DNA of 64,000 nt from the human T2T-CHM13v2.0 reference genome, Homo sapiens: assembly GCF_009914755.1 (NCBI RefSeq), contig NC_060939.1; one strand, given 5' to 3'. The notes below the pieces were generated by a model. That model did not search any database. It saw nothing but the letters and a program-made list of their open reading frames with translations, and was not told the origin of the DNA. This document shows, piece by piece, positions 34,659 through 50,380 of the stretch. Numbering within the stretch: the first letter of the stretch is position 1; every line of letters starts with the position of its first letter. The position numbers were made by a program, and so were the translations under genes.

Positions 34659-34853
34659 GGTGGATGCAATTCTTTCACAGCACACGATAACACATAGCAG
34701 TGGGTCCTGCTGAGCCCTGTGCACGGGGTATGTTGAATTCACTCACAAGATGCACTCCTGAGAAGGAGGTCGAGAAACACAGGAACAAGCTGGTGAAAGT
34801 CCGGGCGAAAGGCAGGTAATAGTGGTGGCTGTGTTGAAACAATTTCCAGTCTG

Positions 34854-35189
34854 TTTTTTTGTTTTGTTTTGTTTTGTTTTGTTTTGTTTTGTTTTGTTTT
34901 GTTTTGTTTAATGGGGTCTGGCTCTGTCGCCCAGGCTGGAGTGCAGTGGCACCATCTCGGCTCACTGCAAACTCCGCTTCCTGAGTTCAAATAATTCTCC
35001 TTCCTCAGCCTCCCGAGTAGCTGCGATGGCAGGCGCGCTCCAACATGCCCGGCTAATTTTTCTATTTTTAGTAGAGACAGGGTTTCACCATGTTGGCCAG
35101 GCTGGTCTCCAGCTCCTGACCTCAGGTGATCCGCCCGCCTCGGCCTCCCCAAGTGCTGGGAATACAGGCCTGAGCCCCCGCGCCCGGCC
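34854..35189 (-). mobile_element. AluS with (GTTTT)n tail
   Basis: Full dimer; TSD tccagtctgttt. Confidence 0.93.
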
Positions 35190-36829
35190 TCCAGTCTGTT
35201 TAAGAAATATTTTATTTCTTCCCCCCCACCCCACCCCTCCAAGAAAAGATAACTGTATTATAAATTCTAAGAAGTTCTGGAAGAGAGGGTATTACATACC
35301 CAGGTGGCAAGAGGTTGCTGAGAAGCAGAAGTATGTGTAAATGATTAGTAATGGGAGATCAAACTTCAGAAATCAAAACATCCCTAAGAGAAGAGAGTTT
35401 TTAAAATCTAAGATCATAGGATTCAAAGGATGAAGTAAGTTCTCAAGTATGTCTCCCTTTCTAGAAGTCAAGAAGATTTAGTTCTGTTTTGTTATCAAGG
35501 TCAATTACAGTAATGGATACTATCTGTTGTTTCTCAAGATAAATTTGCATTTTCTGCAGGTTCTTTTGGAGAAGTCAGGTCACTTGGAAATAATGTTCTG
35601 GGTAGATGACTGAGCAAGAGGTTCTGTATGATAATTCTTCTCTGTTAATACCATCAAGATATCAATTTAAAAAAACAGAAATCTAGAGACTATTTAGTGA
35701 ATATATTAATACTGAGAGAGAAAGAAATTAGCCCTTCTTAGGAGTTAGGTTAAAAAAAAAAGAAGAAAGGTAAACACTTTAAAAATAAGTGAAACCCTTA
35801 TTCAGTACACACCATTAATAGCAAGAAAACCATTAAAGCTCCTGTCCCTTCTAAAAATAACAGCTAAAAGAATCACAATGAGAATATAGATGACCTTCAT
35901 TCTCAAATACAGAGGAATGGGACAGAACAACCACTGAATCTGTTGGAGTTTTAAAACCATAAAATGTAGTGATTGCTTTAAACAGAACCATTTAGAACAT
36001 TCTAGAAGCAGTAACAAAAGAGAGAGAGAGAATACTCCAGAATATTGAATTACTAAACTAAAGAATAACCTGGAAAATCAAGTGTATGATAAAGAAGGAT
36101 TAACCCTTCCATAGATAACATAAAAGAAAAACCATACATCCCGGTTTTCCAACCTGGCAGCCAGGGCCCAGAGGTCAATAAATGTTAGCCACTGTTGAAA
36201 CTATTCCTCCTAAGAAACAATTAAATTATGGCTCCAGCCCATAATTTAAACCATAAGCCAATAAAATTTCCAGAACTGATTAAAGAGGTTAGATTGGAAA
36301 CTGAAACAGACAGTGGTGAATATATATATTTGATTTTATAGGCATTTAAAGTATTCCACATCTCATTCCAAAAAAGAATCTCAGCTCTATGGGGCAGTTA
36401 CATAACAGACAAGCTATAAATAAAGAATGAGATCAATCGATATGTAAATAAATGAACTCAGCGATAATGAAATCGTCACCAGAGGCTTGGTCCCTTTGAC
36501 CACTCTCAGCAACTCTCTGGGAGTATCTCAGTGTGTAGGAAAAGATACTGCAGTCGGTGGCAGAGTTAAAACTCTAAACTCCGTGCTCCTCCCAGCAAGG
36601 GCCCGCCCGTGAAGTCTGACAACCGCACAACAGCAGCCAGACAGTAATGCTCAAGTTTCCCAGTGGAGAACAGAGAATGCAATCATGTTTTCTCAGTGTT
36701 CAGTGTGAAATGAATACAAGTGACTGGCATGATTTTACCTGTTCTATTCATGTTCTTATTTAAAATGGAATCAAGATGGGTGGTTTTCTGCTTTTAAAAA
36801 GTGCTTTACTGTAGCAGTTGAGACTGTAA

Positions 36830-39800
36830 GCTTCCTAAAAGCAATGGAAAACTATATATAGTCTTCCTAAAAAGGACAAAAAAAAAAAAAGAGAGATTCT
36901 CACAGATTATCTACCAGATTTGATCTCAGAAAATGCTGCAGATACTCCCTGACCATACACTCCCCTCCGAATAGCATTTCCAGAGCCATAGCAATGAATG
37001 ATCAGCGTCAGTTACAGAAAAGTGTAAGAATTATTTAAAACTATTTTACAAGTTATGAGGAATGAAAAAGGAAAAGAGAGGGCAGGTGTAAAGTTAAACG
37101 TGCAAAATTCTAAATGTCAGATTTTTATGAGAAGTCATTATTATGTATTTAAAAAATACCAATGTTTGTTTTGTATTTCTTTTTAGAATTAAGTGAAGTA
37201 AAAGAAGCTTAAATATGACCCTTTCCCAAGTGAAGAAACAAAAAAGAAAAATGACAGAAAACAAAATAATAAAAATATGGTTAAAATGGTTTAAATACAA
37301 AATTACAAGAGCATGCCAATAGATTAAATTTCAGTATTTTCTTAAAAAGAGTTTCAGGTTGAATTCAAGAAAAAAACCAAGAATATTTTATTTAAAAGAG
37401 AAAGAAGATGAGATGTGGAAAGAACAAAAATAATTGGTTAGGTAAGAAAATATCAATTAAATATATTATGATATCAAAGCAGTATATAAAGCAAAAAGGG
37501 TTATGTGTGAGTTTGTGTGACAACAAAAGGCAAAACAATCACTAAAAACAAAAAGTATTTATATGAACTACAACACATTGCAACAAAGTACATAAAAAAA
37601 CTTAGACCTGCAAGATGAAATTGAGAGAAACAAAATATTAGCAGAAATCCTTATCCCACCATAAAAATTAGACGGATGAATTAGGGAAAAAAAAAGAAAT
37701 AAGACTTTGTAAAACTGAAAACTACAAGAAAGAAGGCCGAATGAGCAATTTTATGGTGAGAATTTAAAGAGAAAATGCAGAATATATAAAACTTTCAGAG
37801 AAAAGAAATGAATGGAACTTTTCAATAAAGGAAAAACACTGATAATTGTATGCACTGTATTATGTGACATTGCTGCAAAAATGTTCATAGTTTATTTTAA
37901 ATAAACGAAAAATAACTAAATATCAATGAAACAAAAATTCTATCACCTGGTCAAAGAAATTTAAAATATAACAACAAATCATTTTAAAATATGAAAAATG
38001 AAGATACTATTCAATAAATATTTGAACTTAGAGAAAAGATATATTTAAAGAAAATGTATTGTTTTACATGTTTTATTAATAAAGTAAAATTTAAAAAACT
38101 AGAAATACACTTCTAGATACAGGACCAAGCAAAACCCTCAAGACAAAAACACCTACAGCAGTAAACAAATTGATTCTGTGAAACTGTCACAAAACATTCT
38201 GCGAAATGCTAAAACAGAGAGCTCTCTTACTTTGAAAAGACAAAAAAAATCAAATTCGCTTTCAAAATTAATGAGATTAAAAACTCTAGAAAGTTTTGAA
38301 AATCAATGAAAAGAGACAAAATCATTAGAGATTATGGTGTCCATTTACAATGGTGATGCACTTAGAAATTTAAATAAGATGGATGATTTTACAAAAGTTA
38401 GAGAATATAAAATGGTATCATGAGAGACAGAAATGTGAACAGTCCAGTTGCTAAGGAAGAAATTAAGAAGGGTAGCCAAGAGACTGCTTTCCTTGCCACA
38501 AGGAATTAGCTGGAAATTTTTTCAAAATTTCAAATAAAAGTTAATTACACCTAATAAAAATTTTTCTTAAGTTAAATAGTTCCCAGTTTATTCTAGCAGG
38601 CAAAAATGATTCGGTTCTTAAAAAGTGTAATACTACAAAAGAAATCTGTCTCTAATGAAAACGCTTGTAAGTGTGAAGATATCTGCAAGTAGAATGTGAT
38701 CCTATTTTTAAAGATTTGTTTACCATATATTTATGATAGGGTTCATCACTGTAATATGTTTAGTTTAAAAATATAAAGTAATGAATAAAGTACACAATTT
38801 AAATAAATTCAGGAATAAAATTTTTATGATCTTCCTGATACAATAGTTAAATATTTGATAAAAATTTAATGCTCCTTCCTGTTATAAATTTAAATACAGA
38901 AATAGGAAAATATTTCTTTAACATGAGATAATTTATCAGTCTGTAACAGAGAAACTTTTGAAGGACTCCACTTAAAAACAAGCAAAACAAAGATTTTTTT
39001 TTTCTTAAAATTATTTAGCATATCAGTGGAGATTCTTGTCATCCTAACAGTGCTTCAAAAATGTGCTAGAGAATCAATATTATAAAATAGAAAACAGAAT
39101 CATTAAGTTGAACCCAAAGAAACTAAGAATTCCCACTAAAATATTAGAAATAAAAAGAGAAGTCAGGAAAGTGTCCAGATAAAAGTGAAATCCACAAAAC
39201 CCTAAAGCATTTCTACTAAAAACCAGCAAGTAACTGGTAATTGGTTTGGGGCAGTCTCATTCACAATGCTGACAGAAAATATGTAATATCTGAGAATTTT
39301 CCTGATATGAAATATGCAAACAAAACTAGAAAATGCTAAACTTTAAAAGGAGATGTAAAGAAAGATGAACAAATGCTTTATATTAGGTGATTAAATATAA
39401 AAAAGAATTTATTTTATCTCAAGGTAATTTTTAGATCTGATTTATTTTTAATCAAACTATAAAAATACTTATAAAATCTAATAGCAAAAGCTATTCCAAA
39501 TTTATAGCTGAAAAATAAATAGGCATGAATGGCAAATGCAATTTTTAGAGATTTTTCCTCATTATGAAATACCAAAAAGAAAATAAAATGCATGCTCATT
39601 GAAAAATTTTAGAAAACACAGAATAGTGTAAATGTGAAAATTAAAATCACCATGGGCTTGGTTTAAATGCAGAAACAAATTAAAGTACAATAGAAAATGC
39701 AGAAGTAGATTGTGGTATGTGAGAAACTGGTGAATCATAAATATTAACAAAGCAAAAGGAAAAGTAATAATTATTTAATAAATGCTCTGGGGATACTTAG

Positions 39801-40930
39801 AAATCAGAATGAAGAAAAAATTAACCTGACCTAGACCTCAAATCCATTACCATAATAAATAGCGGGTAGATTAAATGGTAAACTAATAATAATAGTAATG
39901 ACAGTAACAATAGAAAAACTAGGAGAAGAATAGAACTATGTATGAAAATAATTTTGATTACTCAAGAAACGGAAAAAGTAGACTGATATAATTAGATTTC
40001 TAAAAAATCATATAAGATAATGAAAAATATTTGAAATAAATTATAGGCAACTGTTTGCCTATAATCAATATCTAAAATTGATTAAGGATTTATACAAATT
40101 GATTAGAAGAGAAGCAAATACCAGTGCTCAAGAGACAAACGTTAAAAGCAAAGGGATGGTTTAAACAAAACAAAACACAAATAGAAAACCAACATCTGAC
40201 AAACCAAACACCTTTTCTAAAATTTAAAGAAATTCAAGTGGAATCAATGTGTTTTCATTTCACACCCATGAAATTAAATGAAAGGAAAGAAAATGATAAA
40301 ACTCACTGATAGCTGGACTTTGGGGAAAAAGAGGACTCCTATTTTGTTGATGGCAATAAAAATGGGTTCATCTCTTCTGGAAGGAAATGTGATGATCTGT
40401 GTCACACACGCACATAAAAGTTCCACCCAGAAACATTCATCTCTCAGACTTTATCCTAATGAAATTAGTTTTTTAAAAAATTATATACAGAGATGCTTAT
40501 AATGGCATTGTTTAAAATTTCAAACCCTGAAAGAAGTTTAATAGCAATTTAAATATTACAAGAATAGTTGTAAATGTTAAAATCAACTTCCAAAATGGTT
40601 ATGCAGGGCAGGGAGGGCACCCACCACACTATGGATGATTTTGTTTGATCAAAGAATTATTCTGCTAAAGAAAGTTTAAAAGTAACTCCTTTCCAGGACA
40701 AAAAGAATTTAAAGATAATTGCAGATACATTGGAAAACATGTAATAAAAAAGTGGAAAAGCAGAACATAAAAGTGCAGGAAAATGTGTAAAACTATGGAT
40801 AATGGTGGTGTAAAATCCAGTAATATAGGGATAAAAATCAGAAGAAAGGCTTAAAGTAATAGAAATAAACAATTTAATTAAAGAAGGTGAATATTGTTTT
40901 TAAATTGGTTTACTAAAAAATGAAATTAAA
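36830..40930 (+). mobile_element. Ancient highly degraded L1 (L1M/L1ME-type), ORF2 to 3' UTR remnant
   Basis: Strong + strand A bias; collinear decayed L1 motifs at about 38370 (aagatggatgatttt), 38850 (atttgataaaaattta), 39490 (ttccaaatttata), 39775 (tttaataaatgctctgggga), 40255 (cattttcacacccatgaaatt-like). Confidence 0.7.
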
Positions 40931-41342
40931 ATCTTAGGCTTAAGAGTAGAAAAAGAAAGGATGAATCCTTAAATTCCAACTAGTGTACGAATAAAGTGCT
41001 TTTGGGTATGCATTTTTCAAATCTCAGCTTAGCAAGACCCCCTACTGGAGTAAGTGGTGGTGGGGCAAAGCAGAAGAAAATTATTTCAGATCTGGGATCT
41101 TTATCATTGCCTGGGGATCATTTTCCTTCAGCAAAAAATGCTCAAAGAAGAATTGTGAGTTATTTAAGCAACTTAAAGACAAATCTACTGACTTATTGGT
41201 GTTTATAATGTACCCGCGTATGTATTGTTTTTTCTAGTATCAATTAATATAATATCGGGTAAATATCTTTATGATATTTTGTTTAAAATGTAAAACATAT
41301 TTCCATCAAAAACAGCACCATTCTTCCACTTATTGATGTTAA

Positions 41343-41381
41343 GTGTGTGTGTGTGCACGTGTGTGTGTGTGTGTGTGTGTG
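41343..41381. repeat. (TG)n with CACG interruption
   Basis: Alternating purine-pyrimidine run. Confidence 0.9.
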
Positions 41382-42049
41382 CATGATTCTAGGAACACAT
41401 GGAGGACAGGGGTCTTTGGGGCCAGTGATCCTTGCTTGCTCAGCCAAAGGAGCTTTCGAGGACAAGGACCATGTGAGTTTCATGTCTATATGACCATAAC
41501 ATAGCCTAATCCAATTTTGCTCCTATATAGATCATTGTTGATAAAAATAACCAAACCTAACAAAAATACTAAAATAATTAGAAAGGAATGTAATAAATTA
41601 GAATGATGGACTAGACAACAGTAAATTAATCAATAAATATGAGTGAAGTATATGTGTCCTTTAAGAGAATTTATCCTAAACCATTTGCTGTTAAAATGTG
41701 TTCTAAGCCTCTTATTATTAAGATGCCATTCAAATTTTCATCCTTAGAGCATCCACAACATCAGCATACAGTATCTTTATGCGTTTTTAATCCCGTACTT
41801 CCAAAAGGGCACACAAGCCCTTCCTTATATTTTCAGAAAAATTGTTTGCATGAAAGCCCTTTAGTTCTCTCTCAACTTTGCACCTTGACCTGACGTCTTA
41901 ACACCAGAAATGCTGCAAATCTGACAAAGAGTGGCCGCATTTTTGGAAAATCAGCTTGGGCTATCATGGAGAGCTCTCTGGACATGGGGACAGAAGACTT
42001 TGGCGTGAGTTGCTGCTTTGTCCAGTTTTCCCAGACCTCAGAGTCCTCA

Positions 42050-42375
<326 letters not shown>

Positions 42376-43655
42376 ATAAAATAGAGGTAATAATCATGAC
42401 AGGGTATGCACTACCAAGTTTACACATTAGTTCTTAAAAATTTTTTAAAACTAGATAACATATGTAAATGTTAAGGTGTTACACAAACACGTTATTCTTT
42501 CATAATACCTGAAGACTATATTTCTTATATTTGAGAATCTGAGCACTCTTCAAGAATTGCGCACTCAGTATAAAAGGTACCGTGTTCCAGGCAGTGGGGT
42601 TGTCTGTCCATGCCATCCTGCCTCCCTGTCCCCACTCCCAAGCCTGGCCCACATACTCATATAAAGCACAGAATTCCAATCTGGTGCATCAGCCGCCCCC
42701 ACTCCCCATTCACTCCCAGCTTGCCTCCTCCCAGGTCCGAGCATCCTCACCCCTGGCCTCCTGCTTGTTTCAAATGATTTTGTGCCTTTGGCAATCCCCA
42801 GGCTCTCCTCAAAGCCTATTTTAGAAGGAGCTCACCACTCCTGCCCATTTGTGGGTTGACTTTGCACCTATGATGTTTCTTCTCCCTCATGGCCCCAGGC
42901 TGCTCACCTCTGGCCCACAGCGTTTAATTAGATGGATATTGAGGATTGAATGGGTCTGTACTTGAGGAAGGGCAGAAGTATTTCATGGCAAAGAGAATGA
43001 CAGTAGCAAAAACTAAGAGGCTGGAAAGAGCTGCGCACGCTTCTGCATGTGATTTGGGGAAGGCTTGGATGGCTAAGGACAGCAAATGTAACTTCCTGGG
43101 CAAGGTAAATTCTCAGGGCATCTAGGTACAGATGATAGTGTTAGAGAATGGCTCAGAATTCGAATGTGACGAATTGCTATTGATTTCTTCCATCCACTTT
43201 TAATTTATAAAAGTTAATCTTTTTTCCTTTCTATACCATCATTGGTCCAATGTCATATTTCTATGGAATTTATTCTGATCAATTTCAGAGACTTTTATAA
43301 GATGTAATACTCAGTGAGGATGCAATAAAATCTCATATTTGGCTGCTGAAGTATAAATAACAAAACTTCCTGTGGTACAAATTAATAGTACATATGCATT
43401 AAGAGATTTTTTAAAATTCATATTCTTTGATCCAGCGATTTTAATTTATCCTGAGTAAATTATCAAATGCTTATAAAACTTTTGTACAAGGATGGTCACT
43501 ACAAAATTATTCAAAATTGAGAAAAAATGGAAAACATTTTACATATCCAACAATAGTTGATAGGTTTGAATAAATTAAGGCTCACGGATAAGATTGAATT
43601 CTACTGATTGTTACAACGAGTAACAATACGGTGAGAAAAGCAGGCTCTGTGTAAT

Positions 43656-43657
<2 letters not shown>

Positions 43658-43709
<52 letters not shown>
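43658..43709. repeat. (TG)n microsatellite
   Basis: About 23 pure TG units plus degenerate end. Confidence 0.96.
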
Positions 43710-43712
<3 letters not shown>

Positions 43713-43894
43713 CTGCATACATCTATACAGATCAGAAGAGGAAACTGCACCACACATTAATCACATGTTATCACTACTTGGTGGAAGAACAGGTGGCTTT
43801 AATTTCATTTTACTTTTCAAAGTTTTCCTAGCTTTCTTCAAGGAGTATTTGTTGCTTTATTGGAGGAGGAGTTTGAAGAAACCTCGTTTAAAAT

Positions 43895-44480
43895 TTTTTT
43901 GTGGTAAAAGACACATAATATGAATTTTGCCATTTTAGCTATTTTTTAAGTATACAATTCAGTGGCATTAATTATATTCATAATGTTATTCAACCATCAC
44001 CACTACTTATTTCTAAACTTTTTCATTTTCCCCAAACAGAAACTCTGGACCCATAAAACAATAACTCCTAATTTCCTCCACCCCCCTACAGTCCTTGATT
44101 ACCTCTAACCTACCTTCTGTCACTATGAATTTGCTTATTCTAGATATTTTATATAAGTGTAATCATGCAACAATTTTTCTTTTGTGTCTGGTTTATTACA
44201 CTTATAAAGTTTTCTAGGTTCATCCATGTTATAGCATGTATCAAAATTTTATTTTAAAGGGTGAATCATATTCCATGGTATGAATATACCATATTTTCTT
44301 TATCTCTTCATCTGTTGATGGGCACGTGGGTTTTTTCTACCTTTCAGCTATTGAATAATGCTGTAATGAGCATTGATGTATAGGTATCTGAATCCCTGCT
44401 TTTAATTCTTTTGGGCATATACCTAGGAGTGGAGTTTCTACATCATATGATAATTCTACAATTAACTTTTTGAGGAGACT
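43895..44480 (-). mobile_element. L1MB-like 3' end
   Basis: aagtatacaattcagtggcatt..ttctaggttcatccatgttatagcatgt..atacctaggagtgg. Confidence 0.85.
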
Positions 44481-45519
44481 GCTGCTTTTCATGAGAAAAA
44501 CACATATTTTAAATTTCACTGTGATTCAGCTTTCAAGAATATAGTGTAGATATTCTGATGCTGTCAGCATCTATCAGTTGTAAAATTGAATGCCTCAAAA
44601 TGTTCCTGTGTTTTACACATGTCCTCACCAGCTAGAAGCTTAGGCCAACTTTTAGAAAATGTCAATATAAATTTAATTTATCCAAATATCCGTAAGAGCT
44701 TTATGTATGCCAAGCATTTCAGGGCTAGAAACTAAAAGAAACTTTGTGATCAGTAACTCTTTTTGGAATGTTTCAAGTTGCAAAATCACCCCTGAGAAAA
44801 CCACATCATTTACTTTATTGCAATCTTTTGCCAACACTTAGATCTTTTCCTCACATTTCCACATGCAAAATTTTCAGTTCCAGGCAAACTCCAAGTATTT
44901 TCATTTAGGAATTGCTTTTTTTTTTTCTTTATAATCAGAATGTCACTTTAAAAATTTAGTCTGAAATTCAATACTGTTTAGTTTAAAGAAAATTTTCTTA
45001 GGTAACTTGTCAGAAAAGGATGATTGATTGTGTACGGGTTGAATGTTTTAAAAATGAGAATCATGGAATTTAATAAAGTATATTGTTTTCTCTTGGGCTT
45101 AAGACATCCACAAAGGATCCAATTCCAATATGAAGTTTAAGCTTCTCTAATTTTTTCCAAAAAAATCTTTTTCTTATTAATCTGACAAAAGAGGTCTGGC
45201 CAACAGTTGTCAGGACAGGGGATATCCTTTTTTTGTCTATTTAAAAAACTCTTGTCTACAAAGAGAAGTCTCTATAAATAGGAGAATGGGTCAAATATCC
45301 TTAGAGAAACAAGAATCTCTATAAATATCTGAGTTTCAAACTTTTCTAGTTATACCATCTATTTGTGTAATCTAAAACCACAGGTACCTAGGATATATTA
45401 AAAAAAAAAAAAAAAAAAAAGCGACCCAGTGTGTTTTATAGCAGAGTAGACGTATTTTTCTAAATGGGCTTATATGGCAAGTGGGGACATTATGAAGAGA
45501 ACATAAAAGTAGAAATTTA

Positions 45520-45995
45520 ATAGACAAAGGATTCATATCTAGAATGCATAAAGAATTCCTATAAGTCAATAAGAAAAAGACAAACAATTCAGCTTAAAAA
45601 AAGACAAAGAGTTGAACTGGTAATACCCAGAAGAGAAAGCTGGCATGGCCAATAAGCATATAAAAATACACTCAGCTTCACTAGCAACTGGGGGAAAGAA
45701 AATTAAAACAACCATGAGAAGGCATTTTATATGGATGATATCAGTCAAAATAAAAAGATCTAATGACATCAGGTATTAGTGTGGAAGCAGGGAAATAAGG
45801 GCTCTCATCTCTTGGTGGGAGTATAAATGGTAAAACCACTTAGGAGAGTAATTTGAAAAAAACAAACAAACAAAAAAAAAACTAGAACAGTTGAAAACAT
45901 GCATCCCCTGTGACCCAGCTATTCCACTGCTTGGCAAACACCCTAGAGAAACTCTTACACGTGTGCTTAAGGAAACAAGTGCAATATCCTTCACT
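45520..45995 (+). mobile_element. L1M(E) fragment
   Basis: atatctagaatgcataaagaa..ggccaataagcatataaaaa..tgtgacccagctattccact. Confidence 0.8.
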
Positions 45996-46228
45996 AAAAT
46001 TGGCAAGTGTATAGGGGAAATACAGTTGGAGCATGCTGCTCAAAACCTATAGAACTTTGTCACCCCAGCACTAACAAAAGCTACCATGTTTTAAAAATTA
46101 TGACACAAACAGAGTTGGTCCCATGCTGGCATTGTTCCCAGCATCCCAGGTGCCTGTCCTTTTCAGCCTTCAACCCGAGGCTCCTCCTTCTGGGACAGGT
46201 AGGTAGAGAACATTTTCATCAAAATTAA

Positions 46229-46658
<430 letters not shown>

Positions 46659-46774
46659 TAATAGCTCTATGGAAAACATAGTGCTCCTCGAAGTCACTAA
46701 CCCTGTAAGTATTCGCTCCGAAGGAAGACATTTTAGTAGATTTTCAGCTCCAGGTCTGTATTCATTGCTACGAC

Positions 46775-47072
<298 letters not shown>

Positions 47073-47199
47073 GACTTTCTCTTTTAATTGCTTTAAAACA
47101 GTAACATGTTGTGGAAAATCATGTGTAAGCTAACATGACTTCCGTGTTCTAACATCCTCCCCTTATTTACCAACTGTGTGTTAGGTAATTTGTACAAGA

Positions 47200-48030
47200 A
47201 GTAACCCGAGTTGTAATGAGGATGTACATTTCAGCATTGTTTGTTATAGCAAAGAGCTGGGTAGGGAAACTCTGAAAGTCTCTCACTTGGCAGTGGTAAG
47301 TACAACCCTGTATATTCACATCATGGGATAGTATATAATAACTAAGGCAAATGAGCTAGATCCATGTCTATCAATATACATTGGTCTTGAAAACATAATA
47401 TTAGTTTAAAAAGCAAGGTGCAGAACATGTAAAGTTAGAAAAATAATGAAACAATACTAAGGATTATATGCAGCAAAAATATAAAATGCAAATCAGAAAA
47501 ATACATACCAAAATAATGGTCATAGTTTTCTCTGTAGTGGGCAAGAGGAGGATAAAATCATGGAAAGGGACTTCTACTTTATCTCTAAATTTTATTTCTT
47601 TTTTGAGATGGAGTCTCATTCTGTTGCCAGGCTGGACTGCGGTGATCTCGGCTCACTGCAACCTCCATCTCCCGGGTTCAAGAGTTTCTCCTGCCTCAGC
47701 CTCCCGCGTAGTTGGGATTACTGGCGCCCGCCACCATGCCCGGCTAATTTTTGTATTTTTAGTACAGACGGGGTTTCACCATGTTGGGCAGGATGGTCTC
47801 AACCTCTTGACCTCGTGATCGGCCCGCCTCAGCCTCCCAAAGTGCTGGGATTACAGGCGTGAGCCACCGTGCCCGGCCTCTAAATTTTATTTCTTTTAAA
47901 CCAACAAAATTCAAGGCAAAAATGAGAAAAATGTTTTCATTTGCTAAATCTGGCTCATGGGTAAAGCGTCTCTTCAATACTTTTCTCCTTAATTTTCTGT
48001 GTCAAAATTTTTTCCCAATTAAAAAAATAG
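47200..48030 (+). mobile_element. L1ME-like 3' fragment split by an Alu
   Basis: cagcattgtttgttatagcaaa..aaatgagctagatccatgt..aaagcaaggtgcagaaca. Confidence 0.65.
47590..47878 (-). mobile_element. AluS (Sc-like)
   Basis: Dimer; TSD tctaaattttatttcttt. Confidence 0.92.
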
Positions 48031-48376
48031 GAATTTAACTCAGTTTGGTAGACATTTACTGAATGCCTAGTATGTGCAATCACACCCCTAAGTAACACTG
48101 GTGAAAGAAATGACACAAACTCTGCTGACACATCATTTACGAGGAGTGGAGACAGTAAAGAGGTGTGTGAGAATAGGAAGAAGGAAAAGCTAATTCCACC
48201 TCTGGGGAACCAGGGCTGCTCCTCCCTGAAAGACACCAGGCTTCGTAGAGTGAGTGAGTGAACAGCGTTCAGGAAGGAGTTTTTTCTTTGAGGGATGACA
48301 TGTAGATATAGAAAGGTTTCTTTCTAATGGAAAACCCAAGAAAATGAAACAAAAGAACCCAATGATTTCATCATAA

Positions 48377-48697
<321 letters not shown>

Positions 48698-48909
48698 TTA
48701 AATGTAATTTAAATAAGACGGAATTTGAATTCCCCACCCATGGAAAGAAGTTAACTCCACTTTGCTCAATAAATTCATTTTGTAAAACGTATTTTAAAAA
48801 TGATCACTATGTCTGTGTTTAAGGCAGACTTTGTAACGCTATAATACTGTAAGTTGCATATTTAACACTATAATACTGAAAGTTGCATAAGTTCTTGGGA
48901 ACTTATGCT

Positions 48910-49040
48910 CTCCTTTGACTTCAGTTTCCCCGTCTATAAAAATGGGTATGAAAATAACGACTATTTCTGTTTGTTAAGGAAATGGAGGTGGTGCGTTGTG
49001 TGCAATGTCTGGCTAAGAGCTGGTACTCAACAAAGTTACT
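48910..49040 (+). mobile_element. MIR fragment
   Basis: ttcagtttccccgtctataaaaatggg core. Confidence 0.6.
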
Positions 49041-49070
49041 TTCCTCTTCTTCTGTAAGAACCTGTTTATA

Positions 49071-49104
49071 GATAGAGCGAGACTCCATCTCAAAAAAAAA
49101 AAAA
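49071..49104 (+). mobile_element. Extremely 5'-truncated Alu (21 bp plus poly-A)
   Basis: gatagagcgagactccatctc + A-run between perfect 15-bp TSDs aagaacctgtttata. Confidence 0.9.
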
Positions 49105-49674
49105 AAGAACCTGTTTATACGAGCAATGTCTACATTGCACTAGTTACAACAAATATTTCTTATCGATTCATTAATGTACATTCTCTTTTATCACAATTTT
49201 TTATTTTAATAATTATTTTTATAATTTTGAAAATAACGAAAGCTACAATCTGTTTAAAGGATTCTGCAGTATAAATCCTTCCCTAGTTCTCAGAGTTTTC
49301 TTGTAACACAGAGGCAGTGAACACTTTGGTGTTCAAAGTACATCTGCAAAAGGCCTTAGAGGTCTCTGAACCCTAGAAAGTGTTTGCAAAATTGTGTGTA
49401 TGAATAGAGACAGATTTTTCCAGGGAGAGGACCCATGACTTTTATTAGATTACTCCCACTTTACTCCAACTGCTACTATAACCTTATATTGTGTGTCTTT
49501 TACAATAACTCAGCTTTGCAACTATACAGGAAATTGAAAACTACTTGCCCACCTTTATGTTAATAAAAAAATTAAGCTGGTGAATTAGACTGGGGTATGA
49601 GGATAAAAGAGAATACATTAACTTAGAAAAGAAAAAGAAAGGAGCATGCTACAGACCAATAACAAGGAAGATGA

Positions 49675-50110
<436 letters not shown>

Positions 50111-50281
50111 GACAAGAAGTGAAAAGAAAATAGAAGTAAACAGCAGCTCAGCGATGGCATCTAATAAAGTCTTCTTCTCCTCTCCTTTTTCCTACTACCC
50201 TAGTTGTAGACCAAGAGGAAATATTTAATGAAAATTCAATGCCTTTATTGCAAATAACAAAATTTGGAGAGTGAGGAAACG

Positions 50282-50380
50282 TTTTTTTCTTTTCTTCCTC
50301 TTCCCCTTCCTCCTCCCCCTCCTCCTCCCTCCCTCCTCCTCCTCCTCCTTCTTCTTCTTCGTTTTTTTTTTTTTTTTTGA
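50282..50380. repeat. Polypyrimidine (CCT/CTT) tract
   Basis: About 80 nt of pure pyrimidines before an Alu poly-T. Confidence 0.9.

Noticed and set aside
36290-36370. Possible CR1/L3 RT-motif remnant
   Set aside because: Similarity too short and degenerate to call without an HMM search
36830-40930. Functional L1 ORF2 / reverse transcriptase
   Set aside because: No long ORF; heavily mutated and deleted
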